Below are positions 13,638 through 26,559 of a DNA stretch of 64,000 nt, in pieces. The position numbers and the translations under genes were made by a program. The notes beneath the pieces were generated by a model that worked only from the letters and a program-made list of their open reading frames with translations, was not told the origin of the DNA and searched no databases. This stretch comes from Heptranchias perlo (Eukaryota): positions 93,930,001 to 93,994,000 of the forward strand of contig NC_090328.1 of NCBI RefSeq assembly GCF_035084215.1, read 5' to 3'. Each line of letters opens with the position of its first letter. Positions within the stretch are counted from its first letter, which is position 1.

Positions 13638-13700
13638 ACAGGACTCGAATATAAAATCCAGATTGACACTTCAGTGCAGTACTGAGGGAGATGCAAATCA
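13638..13700 (+). mobile_element. Deu-domain SINE fragment (SacSINE1/AmnSINE1-like)
   Basis: tgacacttcagtgcagtactgagggag resembles the DeuSINE core as recalled from memory; not aligned to a database. Confidence 0.5.
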
Positions 13701-14332
13701 TGAGCACAATGCACAAATTCTGTGCTATCTGACCTGGGAATTACTGATGCTGATATAACTGGGTAGATTGTCTAAGTCTTCACCCGCCGCTGGCCAAAGT
13801 TATTGCCTGTGATTTTTCCGATACACAAGGGCTCTGAAAGTCCATCCTAAGGTGCAAAAAGTGGACAGTGTTCCTTTGGCTAGATTCACTCCCCTCCCTC
13901 AAGGCCAAACAGAATTCAAAATTCTTATGTGGTCTGGCAAGTTAATAGTCTGGGAAAAATATCTTTCACATGTTCTGGCATCACTTCTGAATTTCCTTGT
14001 TACTTTCTCAAATGTTGACACAACATGTGTAGGATAATTTAATTAGAACAATGAAGGCACAGTCCCTACCCTTATAAGAAGTCCACGTTTAAAACGGGCA
14101 GTCGCTTATATTGGCCAAAAGCGATAACCATTAACCATTTGCATTAACGTCTTAAGTGCTCTGTTTATTTTGGGCAGAAACAACTGTGTTTACTCACTAG
14201 TTTGCACCTCATTAAGGTACTGAATGTAATGAAAGAGCCTTATTGAGGCAGAATTCACTTCCATTTCTTCTACAATTTAAAATGCAGGTTTAGTATCCCT
14301 GAATAGTGCCTTCAGATTTTTCACTCATATTT

Positions 14333-14620
14333 TAACTGTCCTCTCTCTAGCAGTCTTTAAAACTGTAAAATATAAAATTCCGCTCAGCAGCCACTCAAGT
14401 CCAACTAACTGGAATTAAAATGATTTTTAATTTTATTAACACTGGCAATGAATTGTATCTTAACAGCACTGATACAATAAAAACCTGCTGCATTTTTTTT
14501 AAGAAAAGTCATTTCTGTCTTATGTTGCTCCAGGTAACTGACCTCTCTCCGGCTGTATTTAAAGCTGTAAAATACAAATTCTGCTCAACAGCCATTCGAA
14601 GCCAACTAACTGAATTAATA
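14333..14620. repeat. Diverged direct repeat, about 85 bp, period about 202 bp
   Basis: taactgtcctctctct...ccaactaactggaatta at 14333 matches taactgacctctctcc...ccaactaactgaatta at 14535. Confidence 0.8.
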
Positions 14621-14740
14621 AAATTAAAAATAATTGAACACGTTATCCCAACCGTTGTGTACAGCGGGCAAATCACGTTTGCACGAATGTGCCTGCTATA
14701 AGCAGTGGGACGTACTGCATTTAAAGGTGAGCAATTACTC

Positions 14741-14852
14741 ATGGAGTTAGATGAAGGTATATGGAGTTAGATCACAGATCAGCCATGATCTTATCAAATG
14801 GCGGAGCAGGCACGAGGGGCTGAATGGCCTACTCCTGTTCCTATGTTCCTAC
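14741..14852 (+). mobile_element. CR1 3' terminal fragment
   Basis: atcagccatgatctt...aatggcggagcaggcacgaggggctgaatggcctactcctgttcctatg matches the CR1 end at 33860-33937. Confidence 0.85.
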
Positions 14853-14940
14853 TCATTTTTTGAGCTTGGTAACAATGGTACCAGATTTACTGGAAGAACT
14901 CTAAAAGACATTGGGAGAATGCTCTTAACCAGGGATCACT

Positions 14941-15458
14941 GGAGTCGATTTTGACTTTTGGGCAACCAACTGACCAAGGCTGCCGGCTGGTCACCCGTAC
15001 CAGTGGCGAAGAGGCGGCCACGATTTTGTGTCCCCTGTCTCATATACATGAGGCCGTGACGTGCAGGGCACCAAACAGGCAGCCCGATGCTGGCCAGTAT
15101 CCTGTGGGAGATTGTGGGTGGGGGGTGGGTATCCTGGGGTGGCAGCAGCCCAAATTATTTTTGTGGGGCAAAAATAATTTCAAACTCTCCTTTACTGGGC
15201 CTTTTCGGCTCTGTCGCCTGTGCACGCTCCAACCAGTTCCAACCTAAAATGGCTACCGAGTTCCTAGGACCCTGATTTGCATATTAAAAAGGGTCTACCA
15301 CCTGAAACAGGCGGGAGCTTTGGGTGCCCAACAGTAAACTTCTTTCAAAATGTCGCCGGCTGCATCGTCTGAGTTAATGGGACGGTAAGGCTACAGACGC
15401 CATTTTGAGGTTGTTACTGCCCCATCAGCGCCAGGCGAAATGAGTTAAAATCGACCCC
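14941..15458. mobile_element. Harbinger-type MITE
   Basis: TIRs ggagtcgattttgact and agttaaaatcgacccc resemble the autonomous-element TIR (ggg..cgatttt). Confidence 0.75.
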
Positions 15459-18400
15459 ATTGGTTTTCCTTTTAGAATCTTGTTGCTTTTAAATGATGCT
15501 GTGGTGTAGCGTGCATTAGCTTTTCACTGCAAACATGAGTAACTGCAGTCAATACAAACTGACTGCAGTTCCCTAGGTTCCCTCGTACGCATCTTAAAAT
15601 GGTGCAGGAAGCACAATTTTCCTCCAACTCAAAACAAAATGTTTTCCCTTACGTCTATAACCCCAACTGCATAGACCTGCCCAAGAGTTAACACTAAGAT
15701 CAAGTCTGATTTCTCTTTACAATAGTTCTACCGGGCATTTTTCCAATTAATTTGCTGCTGCAAACATTAACAATCACTTTTCCTACTGTTATGCAAATCT
15801 GTATTAAGATCACATACATATGTGTTGATAGGTGATAGGGACAAATGTTTTCCTGCACACTCTTGTGATTATCAGCTGTGCTGCTTGTTCTATTGCTGTT
15901 ATTGTTCTGAGGGATGCTTTTCAAGTTGACTTGTCAATGTGATTGCACCACGTTACTGAAATCTGCTGGCCTTTGATCAAAGCCTTGTCTTTATGTTACA
16001 GAAAACCACTTGCGTAAACTGGAATGTGCCTATTTGTAACAGTGGTGCATTGTAGTTGGAGTTTGTGTAATTTTCTCCATTTTAATTTGGTTGTACTCAT
16101 GGAAGATCTGCATATAACACTACATTCTCGCAGCCCACTTGTAACAGTTGGGACTGTGTAGGGAAAAAACAGTGCTCTTGATGTGATAGTCTACTACCCT
16201 CCAGCATATTGTTACTGAATGTGCAAAAGGAAAAAATCAAACCGGGTAAATGCTCTTGCTCCAACCAGCAAATAGGAAACAGCTGACAAGTCATAATGAC
16301 GGCAGCATTACTCATTTATTTTTAATAAGCATCACCATGGCAAACGTTCTCCAGAGGGAGGGGGTGGGGTTGTCACTATCGAGCTCAAGTTATTTTGCAT
16401 TCATGCTGGCTATGAAGAGTAGTGCCAAACAGATGCAAAGAATGGTTGGTTTCTAGCACCAATACTGATACACAAGCTTCAACTTCAGTAAATTCTACAT
16501 GACAAATTGCTGAGGAATTGATCCAAAGTATCAGAATAAATAACTGAACTTGCCATTGAATAATCCTGGCATCAGTACTAATAAAGGGAAAGCTATGATT
16601 GTGATGGTGTCATTTTGTGGCTAAGTCCAGAGAAAACATATTCTTCAAGCGACTTCTCGGGCTGTTGAAAATTATTATATTACATCTGAAGTATTATCAC
16701 ACTTGTCAACATTATAAAACTTTCAAAAGTTTTTTTGAAAAGGGAATATTTTTATTCATAAAAACTTAAGGATAACGTCATTGTAAGGTTTTATAATACT
16801 AACATTTCCTGTGACATTGTTCACTGTGAAGCAGAGGATGCAGCCTGGGATCGTTCTCTGTGATCCTACCTAAAATCAGACAGGATCGTGGTGGAGAATG
16901 AAGGAAAAGATGGGCGGTGAGGTTTACTGCTGCTTCACTGCCCAACCTGTATCTCCCTTCCCCATCTGCTAAATGATGGAGGAGGTATCTGGGTGGGTGG
17001 AGGGGGGGTGCAGAGCGCAGGGGTATTCCCTCCTATTCCCCTGCTCCTGACACTTCCCGGGACTGCCATGGGGAAGGTAGCAGTAGGCCCCAGGAAATGG
17101 CTGTAATGGTCTTGAAATCCACCCAAGGAGGGAGAGGGCCTTGTATTAGCCTCCTCCCTCTCCAGTCTGGCCTCCAGTTGCCTTCTAGTGTAGGCTTTGG
17201 TCTCTCCCAATCTTCCAGTCTTTGGGATGCTTCTGCCCCTTTAACTGCCCACTCGCCTCTTATGGTTCTCGAGGAAACCGGATCGGGGTTCCAATGGGGG
17301 CCAGAGGAATGGAAAGAAGACCCACCCCATCAGAATGCTGCTGGGAGGATAATACCTGGCCATAATGTTTTATAACCTTGGGTTATGAACAAAATGAGAT
17401 GGGGAAAGTATGAAAGTCTATCATGGGAGAGTGTATCATATTACAGGAAGTAAGTGTGACAATTATAGGCAACGTATGCTATGTATGCACTTTTAATATA
17501 TTAAGTAGAAGATAAGACATGTTAATGTGTGGCTGGAGATATGGTGCAAGAGGGAGGGCTTCAGATTCCTGAGGCATTGGGACCAGTTCGGGGGTAGGAG
17601 GGATCTGTTTAAGATGTACGGGTTGCATCTCAACATAGCTGGGACCAGTGTCCTCGCAGGGAGGTTAACTAGTGCTGTGGGGGAGGGTTTAAAATAATTT
17701 GGCAGGGTGATGGGCTCCTGGATGAAACATTAGAGAGGTGAAACAAGGTGCACACAGGGCTGTGAAAGGCAAATAGCACGAGTAAAGAATAGTTCAGAAA
17801 TGGGAGGGATTAGACTGGGGGCAAATGCGAGGCAGTCTATAGTCACCACTTTGCACTGTGATATAGTAGCAATGACACAGACCTGGCTCAAAGAAGGGGA
17901 GGATTGAGAACCTAATATTCCTGGCTACAAGGTATTCAGGAAAGATAGGGAAGAAAAGAAGGTGGAGGGGGTTGGCAGTATTGATCAGAAAAACTATTAT
18001 GGCACTGGAAAGGGATGATGTAGTTGAAGTGTTAAAGACAGAATCTATTTGGTTAGAATTAAGGAGCAGTAGAGGAGCTATTATGTTATTGGGTGCATAC
18101 AATAGGCTACCAAATAATAGGAAGGAGATGGAGGAGCAGATTTGCAGGTAAATTATAGAAAGATGCAATAACTATAGAGTAGTGATAGTGGGGGACATCA
18201 ATTATCCCAATATAGACCGGGATGGTAACAGTGTAAAGGGCAAAGATGGGGAGAAATTCCCGCAATGTATACAAGAGAACTTTCTTGATCAGTGTGTTTC
18301 CAGCCCAATGAGGAAGGAAGCAGTGCTGGATCTAATTCTGGGGAATGAAGTACAGTATATTTCAGTGGGGGGGCATTTGGGGAACAGTGATCATAATATC

Positions 18401-20225
18401 ATCAGGTTTAAAATAGTTATGGAAAAAGACAAGGAACAATTAAGCATAAAAATACTTAACTGGAGGAGGGCTCACTTCAGAGAGTTAAAAAGGGATCTTG
18501 CCCAGGCGGATTGGAATCAGAAATTGTTAGGCAAAACAGTAATTGAACAATGGGAGGCCTTCAAGGAGGAGATGGTTTGGGTACAGAGTTGACACATTCT
18601 CACGAGGGGGAAAGGAAGAGCATCCAAAGCTAGAGCTATCTGGAGGACTAAAGATAGAGATTAAAATGAAACAGAAAAAGGAGACTTATGATAAATTCGA
18701 GTTCATAATATGGTAGAGAACCAAGCTGAATACAGAAAGTACAGAGGAGATCTAAAAAAGGAAATGAGGGCAAAGAGAGAATAGATTGTATGAGAATAGA
18801 TAAAAGGGAACCCAAAAGTCTTTTATAACCATATGAAGAGTAAAATGATGGTCAAAGGAAGGGTGGGGCAGATTAGGGACAAAAAAAGTCATCTTGTGGA
18901 GGCGGCGGATATGGCTGAGGTAATAAATGAATGCTTTGCATCGGTCTTCACTTGAGAAGTACAATGTAACAGTAAAGGAGGAGGTAGCAGTGATACTGGA
19001 TAGGATAAAAATAAAGAGGAAGTACTTAAAAGGTTGACAGTACTCAAAGTAGAAAAGTCACCTGGTCCAGATGGGATACATCCTAGGTTACTGAGGGAAG
19101 TAAGGGTGGGAAATTGTGGAGGCTCTGGGCAGAATCTTCCAATCCTCCTTAAATATGGGAGTGGTGCCAGAGGACTGGAAGATTGCAAATGTTACACCCC
19201 TATTCAAAAAAGAGGAGAGGGATAAACCCATGAATTACAGGCCAGTCAGCCTAACGTCGGTGGTGAGGAAACCTTTAGAGACAATAATCCAGGACAAAAT
19301 TAATTGGCACTTGGAAAAGTATGGGCTAATAAATGAAAGTCGGCACGGATTTGTTAAAGGCAAATCGTGTTTGACTAACTTGATTGAGTTCTTTGACGAA
19401 GTAACGGAGAGGGTTGATGAGGGCCATGCGGTCGATGTGTATATGGACTTTCAAAAGACATTTGATAAAGTACTATATAATAGACTGGTTAGCAAAATTA
19501 AAGCCTATGGGATTAAAAGGACAGTGGTAGCATGGATACAAAATTGAATAAGGGACGGAAAGCAGAGAGTAGTGATGAACGGTTGTTTTTCATGATTGGA
19601 AGGAAGTATACAGTGGTGTTCCCCAGGGATTGGTATTTTTGATATATATTAATGACCTGGACTTGGGTATACAGGGTATAATTTCAAAGTTTGCAGATGA
19701 TACGAAACTCGGAAATGTAGTAAACAATGTAGAGGATAGTAACAGACTTCAGGAGGACATGAACAGACTGGTGAAATGGACAGACACATGGCAGATGATA
19801 TTTAATGTAGAGAAGTGTGAAGTGATACATTTTGGTAGGAAGAACGAGGAGAGGCAATATAAACTAAATGGTACAATTTTAAAGGGACTGCAGGAACGGA
19901 GAGACCTGGGGTTGTATGGACACAAATCTTTGAAGGTGGCAGGACAAGTTGAGAAAGCTGTTTAAAAAAAAGTATATGGGATCCTTGGCTTTATAAATAG
20001 AAGCATAGAGTACAAAAAGAAAGGAAGTTATGTTAAACCTTTATAAAACACTGGTTAGGCCTCAGCTGGAGTATTGTGTTCAATTCTGGGCACCACACTT
20101 CAGGAAAGATGTCAAGGCCTTAGAGATGGTGCAGAAGAGATTTACTAGAATAGTGCCAGGGATGAGGGACTTCAGTTATGTGGAGAGACTGGAGAAGCTG
20201 GGGTTGCTCTCCTTGGAGCAGAGAA

Positions 20226-20522
20226 TTGTAAACAATTTACAACACCAAGTTATAGTCCAGCAATTTTATTTTAAATTCACAAGCTTTCGGAGGCTTCCTC
20301 CTTCCTCAGGTAAATGTTCAGGAGCTCCTTTTTTTTAATACTTTTTTTTAAACAGCTTTCTCAACTTGTCCTGCCACCTTCAAAGATTTGTGTACATTTA
20401 CCTGAGGAAGGAGGAAGCCTCCGAAAGCTTGTGAATTTAAAATAAAATTGCTGGACTATAACTTGGTGTTGTAAAATTGTTTACAATTGTCAACCCCAGT
20501 CCATCACCGGCATCTCCACATC
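20226..20522. mobile_element. Penelope-like element terminus in inverted-arm configuration
   Basis: Arm 20224-20317 is the reverse complement of 20394-20488. 12-bp TSD tggagcagagaa at 20214-20225 and 20523-20534. The same terminus recurs at 63965-64000. Confidence 0.75.
20402..20430 (+). ncRNA. Minimal hammerhead-ribozyme-like motif of Penelope-like repeats (mirror copy at 20281-20309, minus strand)
   Basis: CTGAGGA-A-[GGAGG aag CCTCC]-GAAA-GCTT gives the CUGANGA core, stem II, GAAA and a palindromic short stem III. The cleavage triplet is non-canonical. Confidence 0.5.
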
Positions 20523-21904
20523 TGGAGCAGAGAAGGTTAAGAGGAGGTTTGGTGGAGGTGTTCAAAATCATGAATTGTTTTGTTAGAGTAAATAAGGAAA
20601 ATCTGTTTCCAGTGGACACAGATTTAAAGTGATTGGCCAAAGAACAAGAGGCGACATGAGGAAAAACATTTTTTGACACAGAGAGTTGTTCTGATCTGGA
20701 ATGCTGTGCCTGAAAGGGTGGTGGAAACAGATTAACAGATTCAGTAGTAACTTTCAAAAGGGAATTGGATAAATACTTGAAGGGAAAGAATTTACAGGGC
20801 TGTGGGGAAAGAGCAGGGGAGTGGAACTAATTGGATAGCTGTTTCAAAGAGCCAGCACAGGCACGATGGGCCAAATGGCCTCCTGCTGTGCTGTACCTAC
20901 TATGATAACTCAGGTAGCGTTGCTCATTTTGGAGTCAGAAGATATGCTGTTTGATGCGTGCGTTATGAACAAAGTGTAATAAGGAAGGTGTGTCAGGGAA
21001 ATCGCAATCCACCGTGTCTGCTATACACAAGTTTTTAAATATATTGTAGGGGATCTCTGTAGCGCTGCACATGGAAAGCTGTAGCAAACTGTCTTTTTCT
21101 TGTCTTGCCTGTCGTCTTTATGTTGCCTTTTGTGTCTCCCTCTTCTCGTTGCCTCCCACCTTTCATCTTCATTTGTGCTTTTCTCTTTATTTTTCTTCTT
21201 TATTACATTTTTTTTGTTTCTCATTCTTCTTTCCTTTTCAGGTAGAGCTGGTAGGTCATGTGACCTGACCTGACACACAGTGGATTTGGGGTCAGGGGTG
21301 GAAGGAGGGATCTAAGCTGGGTTGGAGGCAGGTTGAGGTTCACAAGGTAAGGGAGGGGTGAAAGAATGTCATCTTTCCCCTGCACCTGTGATACTTCACT
21401 CTTAATGCTCTGATATTCCCATCACCTTTCCTACCCCTTCCAGTTGCAACTTCCCTCCATCCTTCCCAAGATAGCTTTTTCCATCAATGAGCGGTGTTCC
21501 ATTCTCAGCTTGTAGCACTACAAACAAAACTGTATTTTAAAGAATAAATTGCCACTTTCACTGGCAAAGAGGGAGCAGGAGAGCATGAACAGGGTGAAGT
21601 CTACAAGCTGGCGAAGAAAGAAGTGGGGGCTACAGGGAGGGAGAGCGGGAGCTGGAGTGCAATGGCCCGAGGTTTGGCAAAAGCAAGGAGCTCAAGATAT
21701 GGTGAATCCTGCTCACTGGCTGTCGCACCCTCAGTCCCTTATTTCTGCCCCTCTGTCTGTCTAAATCCCCTGGTTTGACTCCCAGAGCTCTTAATTTAAA
21801 GCGCTATGTTCTATTTATAGCATATAGTACTGTAAGTGGAGTATTGGACTTTGAACAAGAAACTTTTTTTATATGTAGTTTTCTCAACCCAAAGACTGGT
21901 AAAA

Positions 21905-21961
21905 GATGGGGAGTGGGATAACCTGAGGCCATGGGGATGGGGAGTGGGATAGCCTGAGACC
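21905..21961. repeat. 26-bp direct repeat x2 (period 31)
   Basis: gatggggagtgggataacctgaggcc and gatggggagtgggatagcctgagacc. Confidence 0.85.
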
Positions 21962-21969
21962 GGTATGTC

Positions 21970-22200
21970 CTGGGTGTCTTAGAAGGATCCAGTAGCATGA
22001 AGGCTGTGGTAAACTTCATTCCTATAAGAGTTGTACCATATCCAGATATTATATGCAGTCATTGTGCAGTTGATGATACAACTCTGCAAAGTAGAGGCAG
22101 CAAAGTACATGTCTCCTCTGACATATCCAGCTACAGGTCCCAGGGAAATGATGGGTGTGACCAGAATTCTTTAGGCATTGTTGCAGCTGATTTGTTGGAC
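21970..22200 (-). pseudogene. Ancient Harbinger transposase N-terminal relic
   Basis: Minus strand reads LDMSEETC...KFTTA...TGSF, paralleling FLDLSEEQC...KVTTAL...SGSFQ. A TIR-like end agaaaatcgggcc lies at about 22633-22645. Confidence 0.55.
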
Positions 22201-22778
22201 CCTCGAACTCCTTTTCCTCGTGTCAATTTGGCAGCATATTTAGAAATCTTAAAAGGAATATTCAGCATCATCCCTTTCATAGTGCATGTTGAATGCCGGC
22301 AGCAACTAAGAATAGTGAAGAAAAGTATTGTCGGGGAAAAAAACTTTAAAATGTTAAAATGGAAGATTACCCAACCAAACCCAGCTAATGCATGAAGCAA
22401 AATACAATAAAGAAGCAAAAAAAGGACCCAATCTGCAACAAACATCTGCATTTTGGCTTTAAGAGGCCTTCTTGAGCAGACTAGGTCCTGAGACTCCCCT
22501 GCACCTACTTTTACGGGCTAGGTTCACCCTGTAAAATTTGGTGAGGGACCTCAGTTTCTTCATTTAAATATTGATAGGAGGCTCCTGCATTCTGGCTGTA
22601 CAGCCTCAGTATTGCGTCCAAAAATGCCAGCTAGAAAATCGGGCCTCTAGTGACTTCTATGTGTGAAGCCCTGCTGACGATGTGGAACCTCACAAAATGG
22701 GGACTAATGTGTATTTTATAAAAGCTCTTGACATGTTCAAACCTTACTGTTCCACACAAAGCTCCGTCAAACTTAATC

Positions 22779-22912
22779 CAATTCCTTGGGGATTCTCCTG
22801 ATCAACCACCATAACTTTGGTGGAAGATCATTTACCCAGTGTATCCTGGGTTTTCGCTGATCTTCCACTGAAGTTATGGTGGCTGATCAGGAAAACCTCC
22901 ATCTAAATTGCC
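22779..22912. mobile_element. Short palindromic (fold-back) MITE, family P
   Basis: ttctcctgatcaaccaccataactttggtggaagatca pairs with tgatcttccactgaagttatggtggctgatcaggaaaa. Confidence 0.75.
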
Positions 22913-23633
22913 ACTGAATAAATATAACCATCCATCCATCTTTCTATCTATCCAGTTTTTTGTGCCCAATAAATCTGCAATATCATTTTCCTGGGTGCTA
23001 ATTGGTTTACACTTGACCATTAACACTTTTCAAAACAGAATCATATTTTGTTGATGGTGCTGTCAACGATTGAGCAATAGACCAAGATCCTTAGTTTCAA
23101 TACAGTGACTGCTTTCCATCCCAGCCTCAACTCCACACTTCTGGTCTTGACCTCAGGCTTCTTTAAGCCTCTCTGTTCTAGGGCTTAGATCCACTAGCAC
23201 CTCAATTCCTGCCCACACTGCGTCTTTCCCACTCCTGCCAGGTCTTCACAGACCCCATTAATTGCTGTTCCCAATTTGCCAGGTAACAGGAAACTAATCT
23301 CACTCCATCTCTGCTTACATTCGTGCCTCACGTTATTCCACCTTCCAGTTCTTGACTGTTCCACTGCACTACCCTTTGCTCCCTTCTCTGTTCAATCTCT
23401 CTGCTCCCCAACTCATGCCTCAGACTACCTTTGAGCAATGGGAGATCTACATTGTAATAATTTGTTTTGTTCATCTACACCATATCCCAGATATTCGGTG
23501 TGGGAGGGGAGGAATTATTTCAGTTTTTAAAATTTAAATAAGGCACATTCACAGTAGCAATTGTATTCTATTTATATGGAAGTGTTGATTTTTTTTAGCA
23601 ATAAGTGTAATAAACATCTTTAAGTACTGTTTC

Positions 23634-23800
23634 ACATAGAATTTACTGCACAGAAACAGGCCATTTGGCTCAACTAGTCTATGCCAGTGTTTGTGCTCCA
23701 CACAAGCCTTCTCCCACCCTACTTCATCTAACCCTATCAGCATATCGTTCTATTCCTTTCGCCCTCGTACTTATCTAGCTTTCCCCTTAAATGCATTTAA
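23634..23800 (-). mobile_element. CR1 3' terminal fragment
   Basis: catagaattt...cacagaaacaggccatttgg, shared with 30935-31155. Confidence 0.8.
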
Positions 23801-25347
23801 AACATAGGTTTGATGCTGAGCTGCTGCTGATACAAGGCAATTTTTCATCTTCAGAAAGCCTTTTTTATTTCCCTTTTTGCTGTGGAGAACAGAAGCCAAT
23901 AATAAACAGACTAATCATTATCTTGGCAGCTCATGGACATTGAATGAGAATAGCTGATTGGGGAAGGAAAAATAAATTGGTTCTGTACTAGTCACTTGTC
24001 ACTGCTGTGCTAACACTTTGTAATTTTCTAATTTTTTTAAGCTCACAACTGCCATGTCTGACTCTGTAGCTGAGAACATATTTCTCATTAATGACCCTAA
24101 CGAGCAAAGTTGGGTTTCTTTTCTTCACTTTTTTGCTAATGTTCATTAAATCCACTTTTGGCAGGGTGGAATTCTCACAACAGTGCTAAATAGATGAATA
24201 GTCCATCTACCTACATTAAGGTGCTGTTATACTAACATGTTTGTGTTGTTGCAAAGCAGTTTCTACTTTGCAGCAATACAAAAGGATCAGATCCAACTGT
24301 GTAACTCCAGGGTGGTGCCAAATTCAGTTTTAAAAGTGCTCACTGGACCTTTTGGCTGTGTGCAGAGAGTTCTGAGTGTTCAGGAGTGTCCTGATCACGA
24401 GTTGGATTTGTAGCCTGGCAGTATTAGTCAAGTACAGCCTGTTTTCCTCCCCCCTCAGCTTTGAAAGTTCCACTCTGTATTTTCGACATCTTAATTAAAA
24501 CTAGAAGCAGAAAAAGAGATGAGTCAAGGCTAAAATTAAAATTATTTCGATGTGTCACATTTTGAGATTGCCTTTATGGCCGAGAAGGGATTTTTGGGTT
24601 AATTTATGTTATATTGCTATGGTATTAAATTTGGGCCACAAGGGGCTAACTCCAAATGTGGTCTCTCTCACTTACCCTGTGACCTCTGGCAGGGTCAGTT
24701 CTGGAGGGCACTGCCTCGTGCAATCCTGATGTAACTACCAGGAACACAGAACATGCATTTTTGGGGTCATTCTTTATTTCACTGGGAGGCTGTTTTCTGT
24801 TTGTTCATGTATTTTGTGTAAAAGTTTATTGGTTTACAACTGACCTTATCTCAGTGGAGTGCTTATTAGACCATCTTCCAAAAGATAGGGGAAACACATG
24901 TTGGATGAAGCACAAGATCACAGTATGTAGTTCACACAATGAGGGGTCTTGTTGTTACATCGCTACCGCTATCCCCCCCCCCCCAGGTCATGCTATCGTA
25001 TAACTAGATATTGGGCAGCAAATGCTCCTATTGCAAGAGACGCAGGGTCTGCTTATGGGAGTAGTTTACCCTAAACTATTGGAACAGATCTTGAAAACAG
25101 ATGAATGAAGCCTCTGATGTTCAATCACCATCTTATTATTTCTCCACATTTTTTGTACTCTTGGGATAACAATATTTTTTCAAACATAAATTTATAAGAA
25201 TATTCCTGAAACGACTATAATGAAAATATGGAAAGCAAAAATTAAACTGACAATTTTATTCCCCCCGAGACTAATATTAAAATATGACTAAAATTTTGGA
25301 ACAAAAGACTGGAGTAAAATTAGAACTAAATTTTTTCCAAAGACTAT

Positions 25348-25465
25348 GGGGGTGAATTTCCATGGCAGTTCTCCTGCTCGGCTGCCGTAACTTCGGTGGA
25401 AGAGCTGTGGATACCGTGAGAAATTCTGAAGTTACAGTGCATGATTGGGAGAACCTCCTATGAAT
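25348..25465. mobile_element. Palindromic MITE family P, internally deleted
   Basis: aatttccatgg..gttctcc....gtaacttcggtggaag...gaagttac....gggagaac, sharing arms with 22779 and 26560. Confidence 0.65.
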
Positions 25466-26559
25466 AAAATGAGACCAAACTCTAGGTCTAGAGATAAGAT
25501 TAAAATTAAAATTATTTTTAGGACTGGAACATATCTACTTTTATTACTGAAACTTACCAAAGGGAGGAAAAGATGAGCTATGGTGCATACTGTGCTGCAC
25601 GATGTAATGCAACGTGGCACCAGCTAGCATAGCAGAGCCAATCTTTCATCTGCTGCATTAACCTGTCATAAGACTGTTTTCCTTGACCTTGATAGCAACA
25701 GTAGCAGATTTATGAAAAAAAACCTCAGTTATGGATCAAGGTTGCCTCTCTTCCTTTCAAAATGATGTATTTGGATGTTTGTGTGGAATGCAGTAGTGTT
25801 TTACTGGAAATATTAAAAAAGTGGATTGTTAGAAACAGACAGAAAGCAAATGAGTATTATGAGCACCATTCCAGTATATAATGATCAAAGCACTCAGTAC
25901 TGTAATAGTATATCTACACTGCATTGTAGGTACTCAAGATATTTACCATTGAAATGAAATGCTATGAGCCAGTTCTCCTACCCTTCTCTGGTCATTAAGC
26001 AATGATTTATATAGAACACAGGAATTTTTTTGATGTGCTTTATCGATTATGATTTCAATTAAGTCAGTTATTAATTATAAATGTGCACTCCTTTAAAAGG
26101 GTCAATATTGTTGCCACTGGAAAACGCATTTTCTCTTTTACTGTAACAACTGCTTCATGGTTTGAATGAAGTGCAAACAAAATTCTCTGAGCTCCTCGTG
26201 TCACGTGAGTACTGCAGCATTAAGGTAGCAGCTTATGTGATGTCATTGCACCAAACACTGTTCATTTTAGAATTCAGAAACTGGGCTATATTTTTTCTCT
26301 CTCCATTAATTTTAGTAAAAAGTAGACATGAGAATAAAGCAAGGAACACTGCTTTCTACTCGCATCTACTTTTTCATTAAATTTATCATACACAGACAAT
26401 TATAACCCTAGAAGCTTTCAATCTTTCAGAAATTCTGTAGTGGATTCAAAGCAGAGCAACAGTTGGTGCATTAGTGATCTGTACCTAGATGTCTTTAGCA
26501 TGTTAAATAAATTATATAGCATGGAGGGGAATAATTGCTGTGACAACATAAACTCATTC

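Larger units (their letters stand above)
17520..20907 (+). mobile_element. Long CR1 LINE: ORF1 esterase tail, ORF2 endonuclease and RT, 3' UTR; decayed and interrupted at 20226-20522
   Basis: ORF1-like WLEIWCKREGFRFLRHW...GLHLN...EGLK*. Endonuclease IVGDINYP, LDLILGN, SDHNII. RT KSPGPDGIHP, NYRPVSLTS, SKFADDTKL. Tail ctactatgat. Confidence 0.95.

Noticed and set aside
21997-22451. Overlapping 132-aa and 106-aa ORFs as a host gene
   Set aside because: Better explained by a decayed Harbinger transposase relic on the minus strand.
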